Below are positions 13,447-25,260 of a DNA stretch of 64,000 bases, one piece after another. The position numbers and the translations under genes are program-made. Within the stretch, counting starts at the first letter, position 1, and each line of letters starts with the position of its first letter. The DNA is from Octopus sinensis (taxonomy: Eukaryota), in the NCBI RefSeq assembly GCF_006345805.1, contig NC_043025.1:1736001-1800000 (forward strand). Direction: 5' to 3'. The notes beneath the pieces are model-generated. The model worked only from the letters and a program-made list of their open reading frames with translations, ran no database searches and was not told the DNA's origin.

Positions 13447-13550
13447 TAAATATACATCACGGAGATGTACTTGCATAGCGACTGACTTGATCTTAGATCG
13501 TGTGCTGGGACGAAAACTTGTAGTGAATCTAACGGTTTTGTGTGTTTCTC

Positions 13551-13845
13551 TAATAAATTAGAGACAAAACCACTATTATGCAAATCAAACAAAGAAAGAC
13601 TTAAACCAATACATAAAATAATTTATATAAATTAAAATTTAACAAATGAATAACCACTACGATCGTTTCGTGTCGGCACATCTTAGACATTCTTCAGGTG
13701 GTTTCTAAACCTTCTTAGCGAGTTATAAACTATAGTGGTTATTCATTTGTTAAATTTTAATTAATATAAATTATTTTATGTATTGGCTTAAGTCTTTCTT
13801 TGTTTGATTTGCATAATAGTGGTTTTGTCTCTAATTTATTATAAT
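13551..13845. mobile_element. Foldback mini-element (about 110-bp arms, aaattagagacaaaaccactatt ends) with a hammerhead at the arm/loop
   Basis: Near-perfect inverted arms; the same terminus occurs at 42241/44190 and 60350/60792. Confidence 0.75.
13652..13703 (-). ncRNA. Type-I hammerhead ribozyme, canonical core
   Basis: - strand: AACCAC CTGAAGA A TGTC..GACA C GAAA CGATCG TA GTGGTT; palindromic stem III ACGATCGT, GUA triplet; 10.1-11.1 is an A.C mismatch. Confidence 0.75.
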
Positions 13846-15104
13846 AACACTATTTAACTCCCAAACTTTAGTCATATCTTTTAGGATCCAAAACTAGGTC
13901 AAAAGTACTGAATGAATCTTTATGAAATTTGGAAATTATATTCTATGCATAAGGGCCATAACCCCCATGACAATTCATATATTTTTGCTGTTGATGAAAT
14001 TTTAACCATACATATTAGACACAAATGAAGTAATATTTATAACAATTCATCTTCTTATAAGTTAGAAAGACCTCTCCATGGGGACTTAACACCCACAATT
14101 TTGTCATCTTATCTAAGCAAAGGCGAATACAGTTGTACTATTGGAAGCTGTGGGGTCATACGAGCATAGGAGATGAGCATTATTTGTAATTCAATGGTAC
14201 ACCAGTCTAAGAGATTGCTTTGACATATACTTACATTGTGATTTCTGCAATGTGGTGCATAAATTGTCAAATATATGAGAGGCATCTTTGCATCCACTGA
14301 TTCAGTTGCAAAGTGTTGAGTAAAGTTACTTGATTGCAGATCTCCTTTCAGTCTTTTTACTATCACTGGGTCACACATAGTAACAATGATTTGAAGGGCT
14401 TCCCAGATGAGTGACTGGTTATTCAAAGACATTTATGGTTCGTAAACTTATTCTGTCCAATTATGTATCATTATAGTGGTCATTTGCAAACTCCAGAGGT
14501 GACACTTTCATTTCTCCTTAGCCCTCACATCACACAGTTGTTAATGTTTATTTCAGTTGGGTCACGCCCTTCCAATTGCTATAGATTCGTAATGCATCTT
14601 ACGGCTGTGCCTGTCAGCTGGATGGTGAGGAATCCTACATTGGGAGTGGTAACGACTAGTGTAGGGTAGCTGACTGCTTATTGTGATCATTCATCTTTTG
14701 GTTTCCTGTACCTTTGCTCTCTTTTACAAATCCAGTGAACATATATTTCCTATTTCAAAGAAATTCAAATAATAGACCCAAATGAAAAAAGATTCTCAAC
14801 AATTCAAATTCTCTGGTCGACATTAAGACACTCACCCCCAATAAGGGCCTTAAATCTCACATTTAAGAGCTCCATGACCTTCAATTTTTAGGTGCAAAAT
14901 CCTTTTAGCAGGTTCTATAAGACTGGAATTTTGGAATCTGCGCATAAAAATCAGTAGTATGGGATACATGTGTCATGATTACAATTTTGTTTAGGTGCGT
15001 AAGGAGGGAAATAACCCTCATCTGCAATTTTGATGAAATTCGAAGGATAGATACTCCAGTTCATTACAGGAATTATAACAGAAAAGTCTAATTCTTCAAT
15101 TGCA

Positions 15105-15138
15105 TGTAAAACGGGAAACGCCGGTTATCTCTGCTAGT
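15105..15138 (+). mobile_element. Helitron-like 3' terminus
   Basis: Short GC-rich imperfect hairpin aacgggaaacgccggtt followed by CTAGT (15134-15138); the 5' extent is not defined. Confidence 0.4.
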
Positions 15139-15215
<77 letters not shown>

Positions 15216-15343
15216 CGGGAAGCTTTATGAAAATAGACAAAAGACGAAGGCAGGTTTACGGAAATAAACAAAAGACGAAGGCAGGTGGAATACAAACAAA
15301 CAATTGTACTAGTATGGCGCTCAGGAAATATAAATAAAACCAG

Positions 15344-15380
15344 TCTTTAACGTTTCGAGCCTACACTCTTCAACAGAGAA
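15344..15380 (-). ncRNA. Minimal hammerhead-like motif, CTGTTGA (A6U) core, in a PLE terminal repeat
   Basis: - strand: TTCT CTGTTGA AGAG TGTAGG CTC GAAA CG TT AAAGA; stem I is imperfect. Confidence 0.4.
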
Positions 15381-16965
15381 AAAAACACAGAAAGAAGGAG
15401 AGAAATATATATACATACGCACAAAAATATGTGTGTCTGTGTATACATACAGTTACGTTTCATCATTTATCCTTCATTTGTCTCATATATTTGATTGTGG
15501 TCATGCTGGGGCAATTCCCCGAAGATCTTTGAATCGAGTGAATTCAACTCATTACATATATTTAAAAGCTAGGTATTTGATTTATCGATCATTCTTGCCA
15601 AAATACTAAGTTACATGCATGTAAACACAACAACATTATTTGTCAACAGGTGGTCGGGTGGGTAGGGGGACAAACACAGACCCAAAACACACACACACAT
15701 GTATATATACATAATGACTGGCTTCTCTTCATTTTCTGCCTACAAAATCCACTGAAAATGATTTGATCGGTCGAAGCCGATAATGAATGATACTTGCCCA
15801 AAGTGCCCCGAAATGGGACTGAACCTGGAAACACGCAGTTGGAAAGCAAAGCTCTTACCCTACAGTCGTGCAAATGGTGATAATGATAATGGTGATGATA
15901 ATGATGATGATTGTTTACTGATTTGCGCAGTTATTCTGTTTTTTCTTTAGAAAAGTGTCTTTGTTTTAATGTTCAGTCAAACGTAATAACAACAACTAGA
16001 ACATTCTTTGTAACAAAGGCAAAATATTGCACACACCCATTCATTTCCTTGAAATCGTTTGGTTAATAGACAACGATTCATGCATTCCACACGCGCTCGC
16101 GCAGACACACAAGCAAACAAACAAACAAACAATCACATATCTTCCTGGTTGTTTAGTGTTACAGAGGAGATGGTGCCATTGCAGAGACTAAATGTATGAG
16201 AGAAAAATATGAAGGATATTTTAGGAAAGAGAGAAAATTGGGATTAAAAAAGGCAGACAGAGGGATTGGAGAGTGAAAGGTGTGCGGATAAACAGGGTAA
16301 AATTAATGAAAGAAATTTCAATATATTTCAGGTATTTCGTGTTATTTCAATCAATTTGACCATGTGGCAGATAACTGTGGATTTAAATTTCCTAAAACGA
16401 AATGGTGGTGGTGGTGGGAAAGAGCATTGGTGGTGTATCGTCTGCTGTTTCTTGCAATTCACGTAGCCATTATTTAGCCGCAATGCTTTACACAGGCAAA
16501 GCAGTCCTATAAAACACTGCCCTGTCGAGTTTCATTATTCATAACTCTAAAGAAAATGGAGATTTTAAAATAAACTTTTTTTTATGAATATATCCTAATG
16601 TTGTACGTTCCAACTATATCGGATTTTCTTGTGAAAACTCATTTTTTGTTCCCGTCAAAGCCGAATCGTTTCATTTCCCAAAATTTCAGCCGAATTCCAA
16701 AACAAGCTTTCCAGAACAATTTCAAATACAATCGGACTGCAAACCTTCTGACACATTTTTGAATAAAATTTAATTGAAAACTATTATTTTTTCTGAAGGT
16801 TAGGGAACAAATTCTTTGCGGCACAGTTGTGTGGATATGGTGGTAGGTGATAATTATATAAAAATATATAGGAACATGTAGTAAGACGGATATTTCTACA
16901 TTTACATTCTGACGTATAAACATAACACTCACGTAGATTTATATATGCCTATACATATGTGTGAG

Positions 16966-16997
<32 letters not shown>

Positions 16998-17320
16998 AGG
17001 CGCAATGGCCCAGTGGTTAGGGCGGCGGATTCGCGGTCGTACGATCGTGGTTTCGATTCCCAGACGGGCAGTTTGAGTGTTTATTGAACGAAAACGCCTA
17101 AAGCTCCACGAGGCTCTGGCAAGGAGAGCGGTGGTGTTGATCCCTGCTGTATTCATTCGCCACAACTTTCTCTCACTCTTCCTGCTGTTAGCCTGCTCGC
17201 ATAGCCAGCGCGGTAGCGACATTTGAAGGCCAAAACAATGCGAAGCGCATTGTGACCGGCGATGTGTAGCAACATCTGATAGCCTGGTCGGTCGCGGTGA
17301 TCACGCTGTTAATTTCACTC
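16998..17320 (+). mobile_element. tRNA-derived SINE with intact Pol III boxes
   Basis: A-box TGGCCCAGTGG, B-box GGTTTCGATTCC, followed by the non-tRNA SINE body gtgtttattgaacgaaaacgcctaaagctccacgagg. Confidence 0.8.
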
Positions 17321-17399
17321 TGTGGGGTGACCATAACTGCGATCAGTAATCCAGGCGACTGAAGACGAATGTCCTCTAGAGGACCATCATGGTTTCCTT

Positions 17400-20290
17400 C
17401 TGTCTGGTTCTGAATGTTCCCAAGATCCATCTAGCCGGTCGCCTGCACTTTGTCGTCATTCTTGTAATGTGCACTTGGAAAGAAGTATCATCGCGCACAT
17501 CGATACTTATGTCCCGCACTGATTTAGGTTCTGGGATTGTAGTCCACTGGGCGTTGGTAGCGAAGTGCTTGGAATTATCCATCATGAAACTGCCTATTAT
17601 TGTCCTCCGCTCATCTGTAAATTCGGTCCAACTGCTGCTGCAGGTTTGCAACATCGCCGGGGCTCTGTATTGTCTACGAGACTTTCGTATCCTCTGTGTA
17701 GCTAGCAAGGGGGCAGGGAGATAACCGGTCAGCTGGCGGCATATCTGAGAGGGCCGCTATGAAAAGCACAGTTACTTACTATTTGCGTTTACTTTGAGGT
17801 TTCTGCATTGGTCTCTGCTGCCTGACTTCTATCTTTCATAAAATCATGAAACCACTCTCCAAGTTTTCCAGCTATGCCGATATCACGCAGTTTGTGGCAT
17901 ATCATACCGTGATCCACTTTATCAAAAGCTTTTAGGAAGTCAACTTATATTATGTCCCAACAGCCAGTCAGAGTGTTGTAAGAGCTGTGTCAGGCAGTTT
18001 CTACCTGGTGGAAAACCATGCTGGGTATCACTCAGTAAACCGTTTTCTTCAAGAGTTGCGATTAGTTTCCCTCTGACTATCCGTTGCCAATGTGTTTGCT
18101 CTGCTTCCTCCTTTATGGACTGGAAACATTATTCCCTCCTTCAGTTTGCATGGCAACCTGCCATTTGCAAGAAAGCTCAGGAAGAGAATCCGTAGTGGTT
18201 TCGCCAGGGCACGCTTACATTATTTGAGAAGAATTACTGGGAAACCATCAAGACCAGCAGTTGAGTTTGCATCCACCGCATCTATGGCTAGTAGTATATC
18301 TTCTTCACTCATGTCGATGTAATTCATCGTAACTGCCTCGCTGGTTATAGGGGATGCGGCAAAGAAATCAATCCACCGGTTCGTTCACTTGTCTGTATTC
18401 CAACGGGATGGTAAAGACACTTTTCAATTGGCCATTCCGTACCGAGCTGATCCTTATTGGACTATAAGTGAGGAAGCCATCCTTTTGGAAGTGGAGTCCT
18501 ATTGTACAGTGTACTGAGGCTGTTTCTTTGGTATAATGAGAAGGCCTTTGTGTTTGACTTAAAGTTTTTTATAACCCAGGCTTCTTTGTCTGCTCTCTCC
18601 CTCACGTAAAATTGTTGCAGGCTTTTTTCAATCTCCATCAATGTTGTTTTTAGGCGGGACCTTTCACTACTTTTGTGATGTTGATTGAAGCGATTTGCAA
18701 CCTTCGTCCGTCGTCTCATGAGGGTCTTCTTTCCCCTTGGAATCTCGTCCCTATTTGTGTTGGCCTTGTGCTCTGGGACACATTTCTGGCATATTGTTTG
18801 CATAATATTCTAGTTCCATGCCAATGTCTGGTGTGGAGAGATATTTCGGTCAGTCCTATCTGAGCACCTAATTTTGGATCGATTTCCAGTCTCCTTTCTG
18901 GTAGTTCAGATTGGAGAGATTTCGGGTGCTTCTTTTAGGCTGTATGTCACAGGTTACTGTTCGTGCGTACATAGACAGCTCTATTATGTTGTGATCCAAA
19001 ACTAATGTCGGTGTCACTCTCACATTATGAACGATGTCCATACTGTTATTCGCCCTAGTTGGTCTGAGTACAACTTGCTCAATGAATAAGGTCGTGGGTG
19101 AGGTTCAGCAGGGACTCCACCTGTGCTTGTCTGCAATGAGTCGTTCCTGAGATGATGACGCATTCAAGCCATTTCAGATTGGGGAAATTTAAATCGCCCA
19201 TAAGAAATACGCTCACGTGATATTCCAATTTCATGAGGATTTCTTTTATTCTTGTGAGGCAAACTCGAAACTTGCCTGTATGGTTTGGAGCATCAGGTGG
19301 GCGATATGTATAGCATAGGACGGTATTGTGTTGTCTTATGTATACAATTAGAGTGTCACGTACTGAATTTGAGTACAACAGTAGGACCTGGGGTGTGAGG
19401 TCCTCGCTAATGTATACCGCAAATCCACCATGGCTCCTTTCCCTTCTGTCTGTTCGCAGTATGGCATAGTTTGGTACGTGTACTTCTGCGTCCTCTATAT
19501 CAGGGTTGAGGTGAGTTTCCACGAGTGCTATGTATAGGGTTTGATTGCCTGTGGTAAGATCTCTTAGGAAAAAGATTTTGTTTTTGTTGTGATGCAACAC
19601 GCCTCCAGTATTTAGTAAAAATATTGGCATGCTGACTGTGTTGTGTTAGGGAAGGTCATACCGTGTCTGTTGATTGTGGTGGTCTTGCGCAGTGGTGGGC
19701 AAGGTTCTGTGTTTGTGCTTGATGTAGCTAAGTCAGCTGCTGCACAATATTTTGCGCAATGCACAAAAAATACTCTTTCTCAGCTGCTACCTTTCGTATT
19801 ACATCTGAAGAGCACACTGCATCTGCATACTTTCTTTTTTTGGAGACGATTGGTGCCTTTTCTTAGGGAAGTATTTCTGCTTAAGGCCCCTGAAATGTTG
19901 GTGAGGTTTCGGGTGAGCAAACCAGAAGTTGGCACCGTCTTCCCCATGCCAACATGGGTAAAATTTGCACGTCCTCGTCTTCACTCCAAATTTTGTCTCT
20001 CCCCTAGAGTTGCAGATTCTATTGGAGCCTTCATATTTGTGTTTTTGTTCACAGGGGTGAGGGATCCATTCTTTTGTGGGACCACTGGATCGGTGAGACT
20101 TCTGGTTCTTGCTACATTTCTCTAACCTTATCAGCCTTGCCACAATAGGTTTTCATGAGCACATCAAGAGTGTCAATGTGTGGCCTAATAAGGGTAAAGG
20201 ATCAGATAAATTCGTTTTTCTTCCGCTCTATCTGCTCAATGATTCTACAGTAACCATTGTATTTCAGTAATGATGTTGTTTGATGGATCG
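17400..20290 (-). mobile_element. CR1-group LINE, decayed (ORF1 remnant, APE endonuclease, RT)
   Basis: 19079-19630: IALVETHL..DAEVHVPNYAILRTDR..GG.AVYI...GDLNFP (APE). About 17900-18300: HGFPPGRNCL, VDIIYLDFLKAFDKVDHG (RT). 19799-20143: Cys/His-rich ORF1 remnant. Confidence 0.85.
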
Positions 20291-20374
20291 CTGCTAGCAA
20301 TAGTCCAAGCGCGCAACAGAAGATTCAGCTTTTTGCCCTCCCACTTCGATGTCATCTTCGTTTTCTAAGCCTAG

Positions 20375-20900
20375 GGGGGGGATAGAGAGGAAGTGAGGGA
20401 GACAAAGGAAGATATAGAAGAAGAAAGACAGACGGAGGGAGAGGGAAAGAGAGAGGGTGATATGAAGAAAGACAAAGGGGGTATGCAGTGGTAGCGAAGG
20501 GAGGGGTGGATGGGAGGGGAAGAGAGAGACGAGAGAGAATGAAGGGTGCACGAGGGAAAGGGAGAGACGGAGTGAGAGGGAGAGGAGGGAAAATGAGAAA
20601 TATATGAGGGAGAGAGGGATGAGAGGGAGAGAGAAAGATGTAGAGAGAGACAAAGGAACGGAGAGAGAAGTTGGGAAAGGAAGAAAATATGAAGTGGGGA
20701 GAGATAGAGTGAAAGAGAGAGGAGAAAAAAGATGAAGGTATTAAAGAAAGAGGGAGAGTGGTAGATACATAGAGAGAGAAAGGAATGGGGAGAGAGGTGG
20801 GAAAAGGAGGCAGAAATTAAAGAGAAGGGAGACAGAGTGCGGGAGAGAGGAAAAAGAGGAATGTATGAAAAGGAGAGGGGAAGACCAGGTACGAAGATAT
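20375..20900 (+). repeat. Polypurine (GA-rich) low-complexity tract
   Basis: Almost exclusively A/G on the + strand. Confidence 0.85.
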
Positions 20901-21319
20901 GAAGGAAAGAGGAAAACAGAACGTCCAGAACGAAAAGGCCGCTGTATGCAAAAAAGTTAAGTAAAAACGTTAGTGAAAAGAAAGGAGAGGTTTCGGATCG
21001 AATTTGCTACCGTAAATTTTCAAATAGAATGCAAACAAGCAGTACGTCTTAACTCAAATGTTCATCCGGTATTACCAAAGATAAAAGAAAATAAACCAAA
21101 TGAAGAGGACATTTATTCTCCAATCCTTGTTCTTGTACGAAGTTTTGTTTCAAAGAACAATCAATTACTCTTCACACACAGCCACTTATGAAAGTACGAT
21201 TTATCAGTTTGTGCTTTCTTCAAGGATAACTCTTCCTTGCGTCGCTGACTTTAATGTAATATATTAATCTTTAATGTAAAAAATTAATGTAAAAAATTTT
21301 TATGAAATAACAAGCATTA

Positions 21320-23110
21320 CGTTTGGTGGGTCGAGGGATCAGTTTTAGTAGATTTGGCCAGGCGAGTAAATATATACTGAGGAAGATTAATGATGGTATA
21401 AGAAGACACATGAGCCGCCCTCTATGGCGCCGCACCAATGAGTTAACCTCATGGCTAGATTTAAACAGTTCGACATTGTCGACTTTTATCCATCTATTTA
21501 TAAAGAGTTATTGCTGAAGGCACTTTCTTTTGCCAAGAACTTCACCGATATTAGTAATAATGACGTTAGAGTTATCTGTCCTTAAGTTGTGCCTTTTGAA
21601 CAAACGGTGTGCCCTTAGGCACATGATAAGTATATTGGCAAACGACCCTGAAACGTGGGTAGAGGCTGGTTGCTCATGCTTGGACCACAATGGCTGCCGA
21701 GTGGGTGGGAAGGGCAACATGAGGCTGACAGTGTCGTGTATGAGGCTGTGGTGGTACCCGGCCCTAACACCCTGAGTAATAGCTGCAAAAGCTCATTCAA
21801 CAACATCACCGACAGAAATAGCAAGGGCGAGCGCGACATCGGGAGCAAAGCATTAGGCGGCAGAAACCCCAACGCCGACATCTACGACTGCAGCACCAAC
21901 ACCAGCACTACGGCCTGAGATGGTAACCTCAACAGCACCGGCAGAACAACCGGCCCCATGCTCAGAATTAATTGCCATGACACCACCGACAACAGCAGCA
22001 GTAGCAGCTGTTTCCATTCCCAGACCGGGCGTTGTGTGTGTTTATTGAGCGAAAACACCTAAAGCTCCACGAGACTCGGGCCGCGGGTGGTGGCGACCCC
22101 TGTTGTACTCTTTCGCCCCAACTTTCTCTCATTCTGTCTTCCTGTTTCTTGTCCCCGACTTCCTACGCAACCGCTGAGCCTGGAAGCGCATCATCCATCC
22201 GTCGATGCTCTCGGTGTCGGGGGTTGACCTGCTTTCTCTCCTGCGGGTCTTACGAATAGCAAAGGACCACGTTTCGGACTTCTCCCACTAATGGGACGAA
22301 GACCGCTTAGCTCAACAAACAAAGAAACAAACATCAACGGCAATAACAGTTTTACTGGACCCACTCACTGAAATATAAAAACACCGATGGTGGCTCCAAC
22401 GACATCAGCGGCAACACCACCAACTTGACGCACGGGGTCAACAGAAGATGCACCAGAGAACACAACCAGCACTTGGGTTCGGAAATACATCGGCTCGACC
22501 GGAAATGCCTTTAAGCAACGCCTGAACAACCATAGGTCCTCTTTTAGAGTTCCTGAAAGACGTAACTTCATCATCATCATGACGTGGTTCTTTAAGGATG
22601 AAGGAAACCCATACGAAATAAAATGGAGGATCATAGAAAGTCCGTGGTCCAATATAAGCGGGAGCGGACGGTGCAAGATTTGCATGGCAGAGCGTCAAGA
22701 ATCTTTAGAGATCCGAGTGGCTTGGAATTTTTTATTAAATTCAAGGCACGAGATATGAAGTCCCTGCTGCCATTTCAAGCGCTCCCTGCACAGGCGTTCG
22801 TCAATAAGGGTTGTATAGAATAATTTTAGACCGGAAGCAGCCTACAGGTGGAGATGCCCCTTTCATCCTCTAAGTCCACAAGATTTGCTCACTGTACAGG
22901 CCAAAGGGAGATAACCTGTCTCATCAAGGCTCAGACAGTGTAGATTATATTTTCGTTTACAAATTAAATGACCGTAACGGTTTTCTTACCTCCAGGTCAA
23001 AAAGAGAGTATATGCCAGTACGCATTGCAGTCTGACGAACCATCGGTAAAGCCAAGCGCTTTGCGGATGCTAAACCATTGGCTCTCCTACGACCGGACAT
23101 ATATTTAACT
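21320..23110 (+). mobile_element. Penelope-like element (Neptune-type), internally deleted, interrupted by a SINE
   Basis: FKQFDIVDFYPSIYKELLLKALSFAK (RT); GCSCLDHNGCRVGGK (linker); SVVYEAVV...RKYIGSTGNAFKQRLNNH...IKWRII..CKICMAE (GIY-YIG). Confidence 0.85.
22005..22290 (+). mobile_element. SINE inserted in the PLE; same insertion in the inverted copy (about 35505-35800, -)
   Basis: ttcccagaccgggcgttgtgtgtgtttattgagcgaaaacacctaaagctccacgag body. Confidence 0.8.
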
Positions 23111-23178
23111 TCTTATATATGCATTACTGCACTAATTTTAATAGTGTGCTGCATTTCTCGATTTATGATTCACTGACG

Positions 23179-23229
<51 letters not shown>

Positions 23230-23235
<6 letters not shown>

Positions 23236-23520
23236 ACTTATAAATAAGGGCAAACGAAAAGATTTATGCCGAAAGTTGGACATATTGTCCATTTACCATA
23301 TATTTTTTCCCAGTACTCACGTTACTCGAAAAAGGCCGACAGAAATCTCTAAAAGAATTCCATTATTACCATATCGGAGCGATTTCAGGGTTAGTTCAAA
23401 AAGAACCCTCCCTTCGTCAGTGATACATGTATCACTGACGAATGGTAAATGGACACTATATCCAATTTTCGGCATATTTGGCATTAGAAATTTTTTTGTT
23501 TGCCCTTATTTATAAGTTGT
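23230..23520. mobile_element. Foldback mini-element with an internal hammerhead
   Basis: Arms acaacttataaataagggcaaac...ttgtccatttacca and tggtaaatggac...gtttgcccttatttataagttgt; internal palindrome ttcgtcagtgatacatgtatcactgacgaa. Confidence 0.65.
23367..23425 (-). ncRNA. Type-I hammerhead ribozyme, canonical core
   Basis: - strand: TATCA CTGACGA AGGG..CCCT GAAA TCG CTC CGA TA TGGTA; 4-bp stem III with a 3-nt loop, AUA triplet. Confidence 0.75.
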
Positions 23521-23602
23521 TTATAATTTAACCTTTAAAGGTATTTTTGAATATGCTGGCCATTGATAAATTTTTTTTTTCGAAAAAGTTTTATCCTACA
23601 TT

Positions 23603-23694
<92 letters not shown>

Positions 23695-23696
<2 letters not shown>

Positions 23697-23975
23697 CAAT
23701 TGCAGCGTGGAAGGTGTTTATAAGCCATTTAAGAAACACACAAAAGCCGTTCGATTCACTTCAACATTTAAGTTTAATTTGTCAAAATATTTTCGTCGCT
23801 AAAATCCGCGACCTGTTCACTGACGAAAATCCGTGCTGCATCGGATTTTTTAAGTGAATCGAACGGCTTTTCTGTGTTTCTTAAATGGCTTATAAACACC
23901 TTCCACGCTGCAATTGTTTTTGTTTCAGCACACGATCTCAGATCTAATTACTTGCTATGCGAGTACATCTCCGTA
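23695..23975. mobile_element. Foldback mini-element (PLE terminal-repeat-like); related single-arm copies at about 13455-13550 and 60830-61040
   Basis: Inverted arms acaattgcagcgtggaaggtg...cgattcactt and aagtgaatcgaacgg...cacgctgcaattgt. Confidence 0.7.
23778..23827 (-). ncRNA. Hammerhead-like motif with G3:C8 swapped core
   Basis: - strand: TTCGTCA GTGAACA G GTCGC GGATTTTA GCGAC GAAA ATAT TT TGACAAA. Confidence 0.6.
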
Positions 23976-23999
23976 ATATATATATATAAACTTACAAAA

Positions 24000-25145
24000 A
24001 GTGGACAATAACGCAAAACATCCAGATAGGTGATACAAAAGAGGGACAAGAAAGCATCCAGACAGATGATACAAAGGGAATAAGGACGGGTCATTCGGAG
24101 TTTTCTTTCCTCAGTCGAGTTCCAGATTATCGTTGCAGTTTCAGCTGGTTATACTCGAGATTGCTCCAATCTGGTCACTCCCAAGGAAAAACTAAGCTAA
24201 GACCATTAGATTCCTTGGAAGAAAGCACCGAATGTATACAGAAACAAGGACGGAAAAACAGAGAAACGTTACACAAATACAAATAACAGGACATAACGTC
24301 AGGTGTCTTACGACTAAGGACGAATTAAATTAAGCTGGCGTGTGTGGAAGTAAAGCCACATGGCAGGGACATAAGATTTGAAAGGCACAGGGAGGAATAT
24401 AGATCTTGCACGGATGGTAGTCGAACAAAGAAAGGAAGGATAGGCTTAGCCAAACACAGGTCACGTGAAGAGAGAAGAGAGCGAGGTAAATGCAGAGGGA
24501 TAGAAGGATTAAGGAGGGGCGAGATAAAATGAAAGGGATAGAGTGAAGTGAAAGAGGAGGGAAGGTGAGCTTGAAGAGAAAGCCAGGGAATGTGAGAGAG
24601 GGAAAGCGAAAGAACGAAGAGTGTAATGAACGAAACAACTGTGAAAGTGCTGCTTCACTTCACTTCACTCTATACCTTTCATTTTTACTCGCCCCTCCTT
24701 AATTCTTCTATCCCTCTGCCTCTACATCTCTCTCTTCTCTCCCCACGTGACCGGTGTTTGGCCAAGACTATCCTTTCTTTCTTGGTTCGGCTACCATCCA
24801 TGCAAGATCTATATTCCTCCCTGAGCCTGTCAAATCTTATGTCCCTGCCATAAGGCTTTACTTCCACACACGCCAGCTTAATTTAATTCGTCCTTAGTCG
24901 AAAGACACCTGTTGTTATGCCCTGTTATTTGTATTTGTGTAACGTTTCTCCGTTTTTTCCGTCCTTGTTTTCGTATAGTGCTCTTAGCTTAGTTTTTCAT
25001 TTGGAGTGGCCAGATTGGAGCAATCTAGAGTATAACCAGCCGAAATTGCAAAGGTAATCTGGAACTCGACTGAGGAAAGAAAACTCCGAAAACCGTCCTT
25101 GTTTTCTTCGTATCGTCTGTCTGGATGTTTTGCGTTCTTGTCCCA
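24000..25145. repeat. About 1.1-kb imperfect palindrome (arms about 24000-24560 and 24655-25145); a third partial copy at about 26620-26990
   Basis: Opposite-strand ORFs MEVKPHGRDIRFERHREEYRSC and MEVKPYGRDIRFDRLREEYRSC mark the two arms. Confidence 0.8.
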
Positions 25146-25216
25146 TTTTTGTATTTGTTATATATAAAAATATAGCGGCGTACGTACACTTTGCTCTCTC
25201 TCTCTCTCTCTCTCTC

Positions 25217-25260
<44 letters not shown>

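Noticed and set aside
13850-15100. Helitron Rep/helicase coding sequence upstream of the CTAGT end
   Set aside because: No recognisable Rep or PIF1 helicase motifs in any frame I could read
16998-17075. tRNA gene
   Set aside because: A and B boxes are present, but there is no closed acceptor stem and it continues into a SINE body found many times in the window
23022-23070. Hammerhead at the 3' end of the 21320-23110 PLE (CTGACGA ACC ATC GGT AAA GC..GC TT)
   Set aside because: G12 is missing and stem I is irregular; at most a decayed relic
25055-25100. CTGAGGA...CTCCGAAA motif in the 24-25 kb palindrome
   Set aside because: Stems I and III cannot be formed
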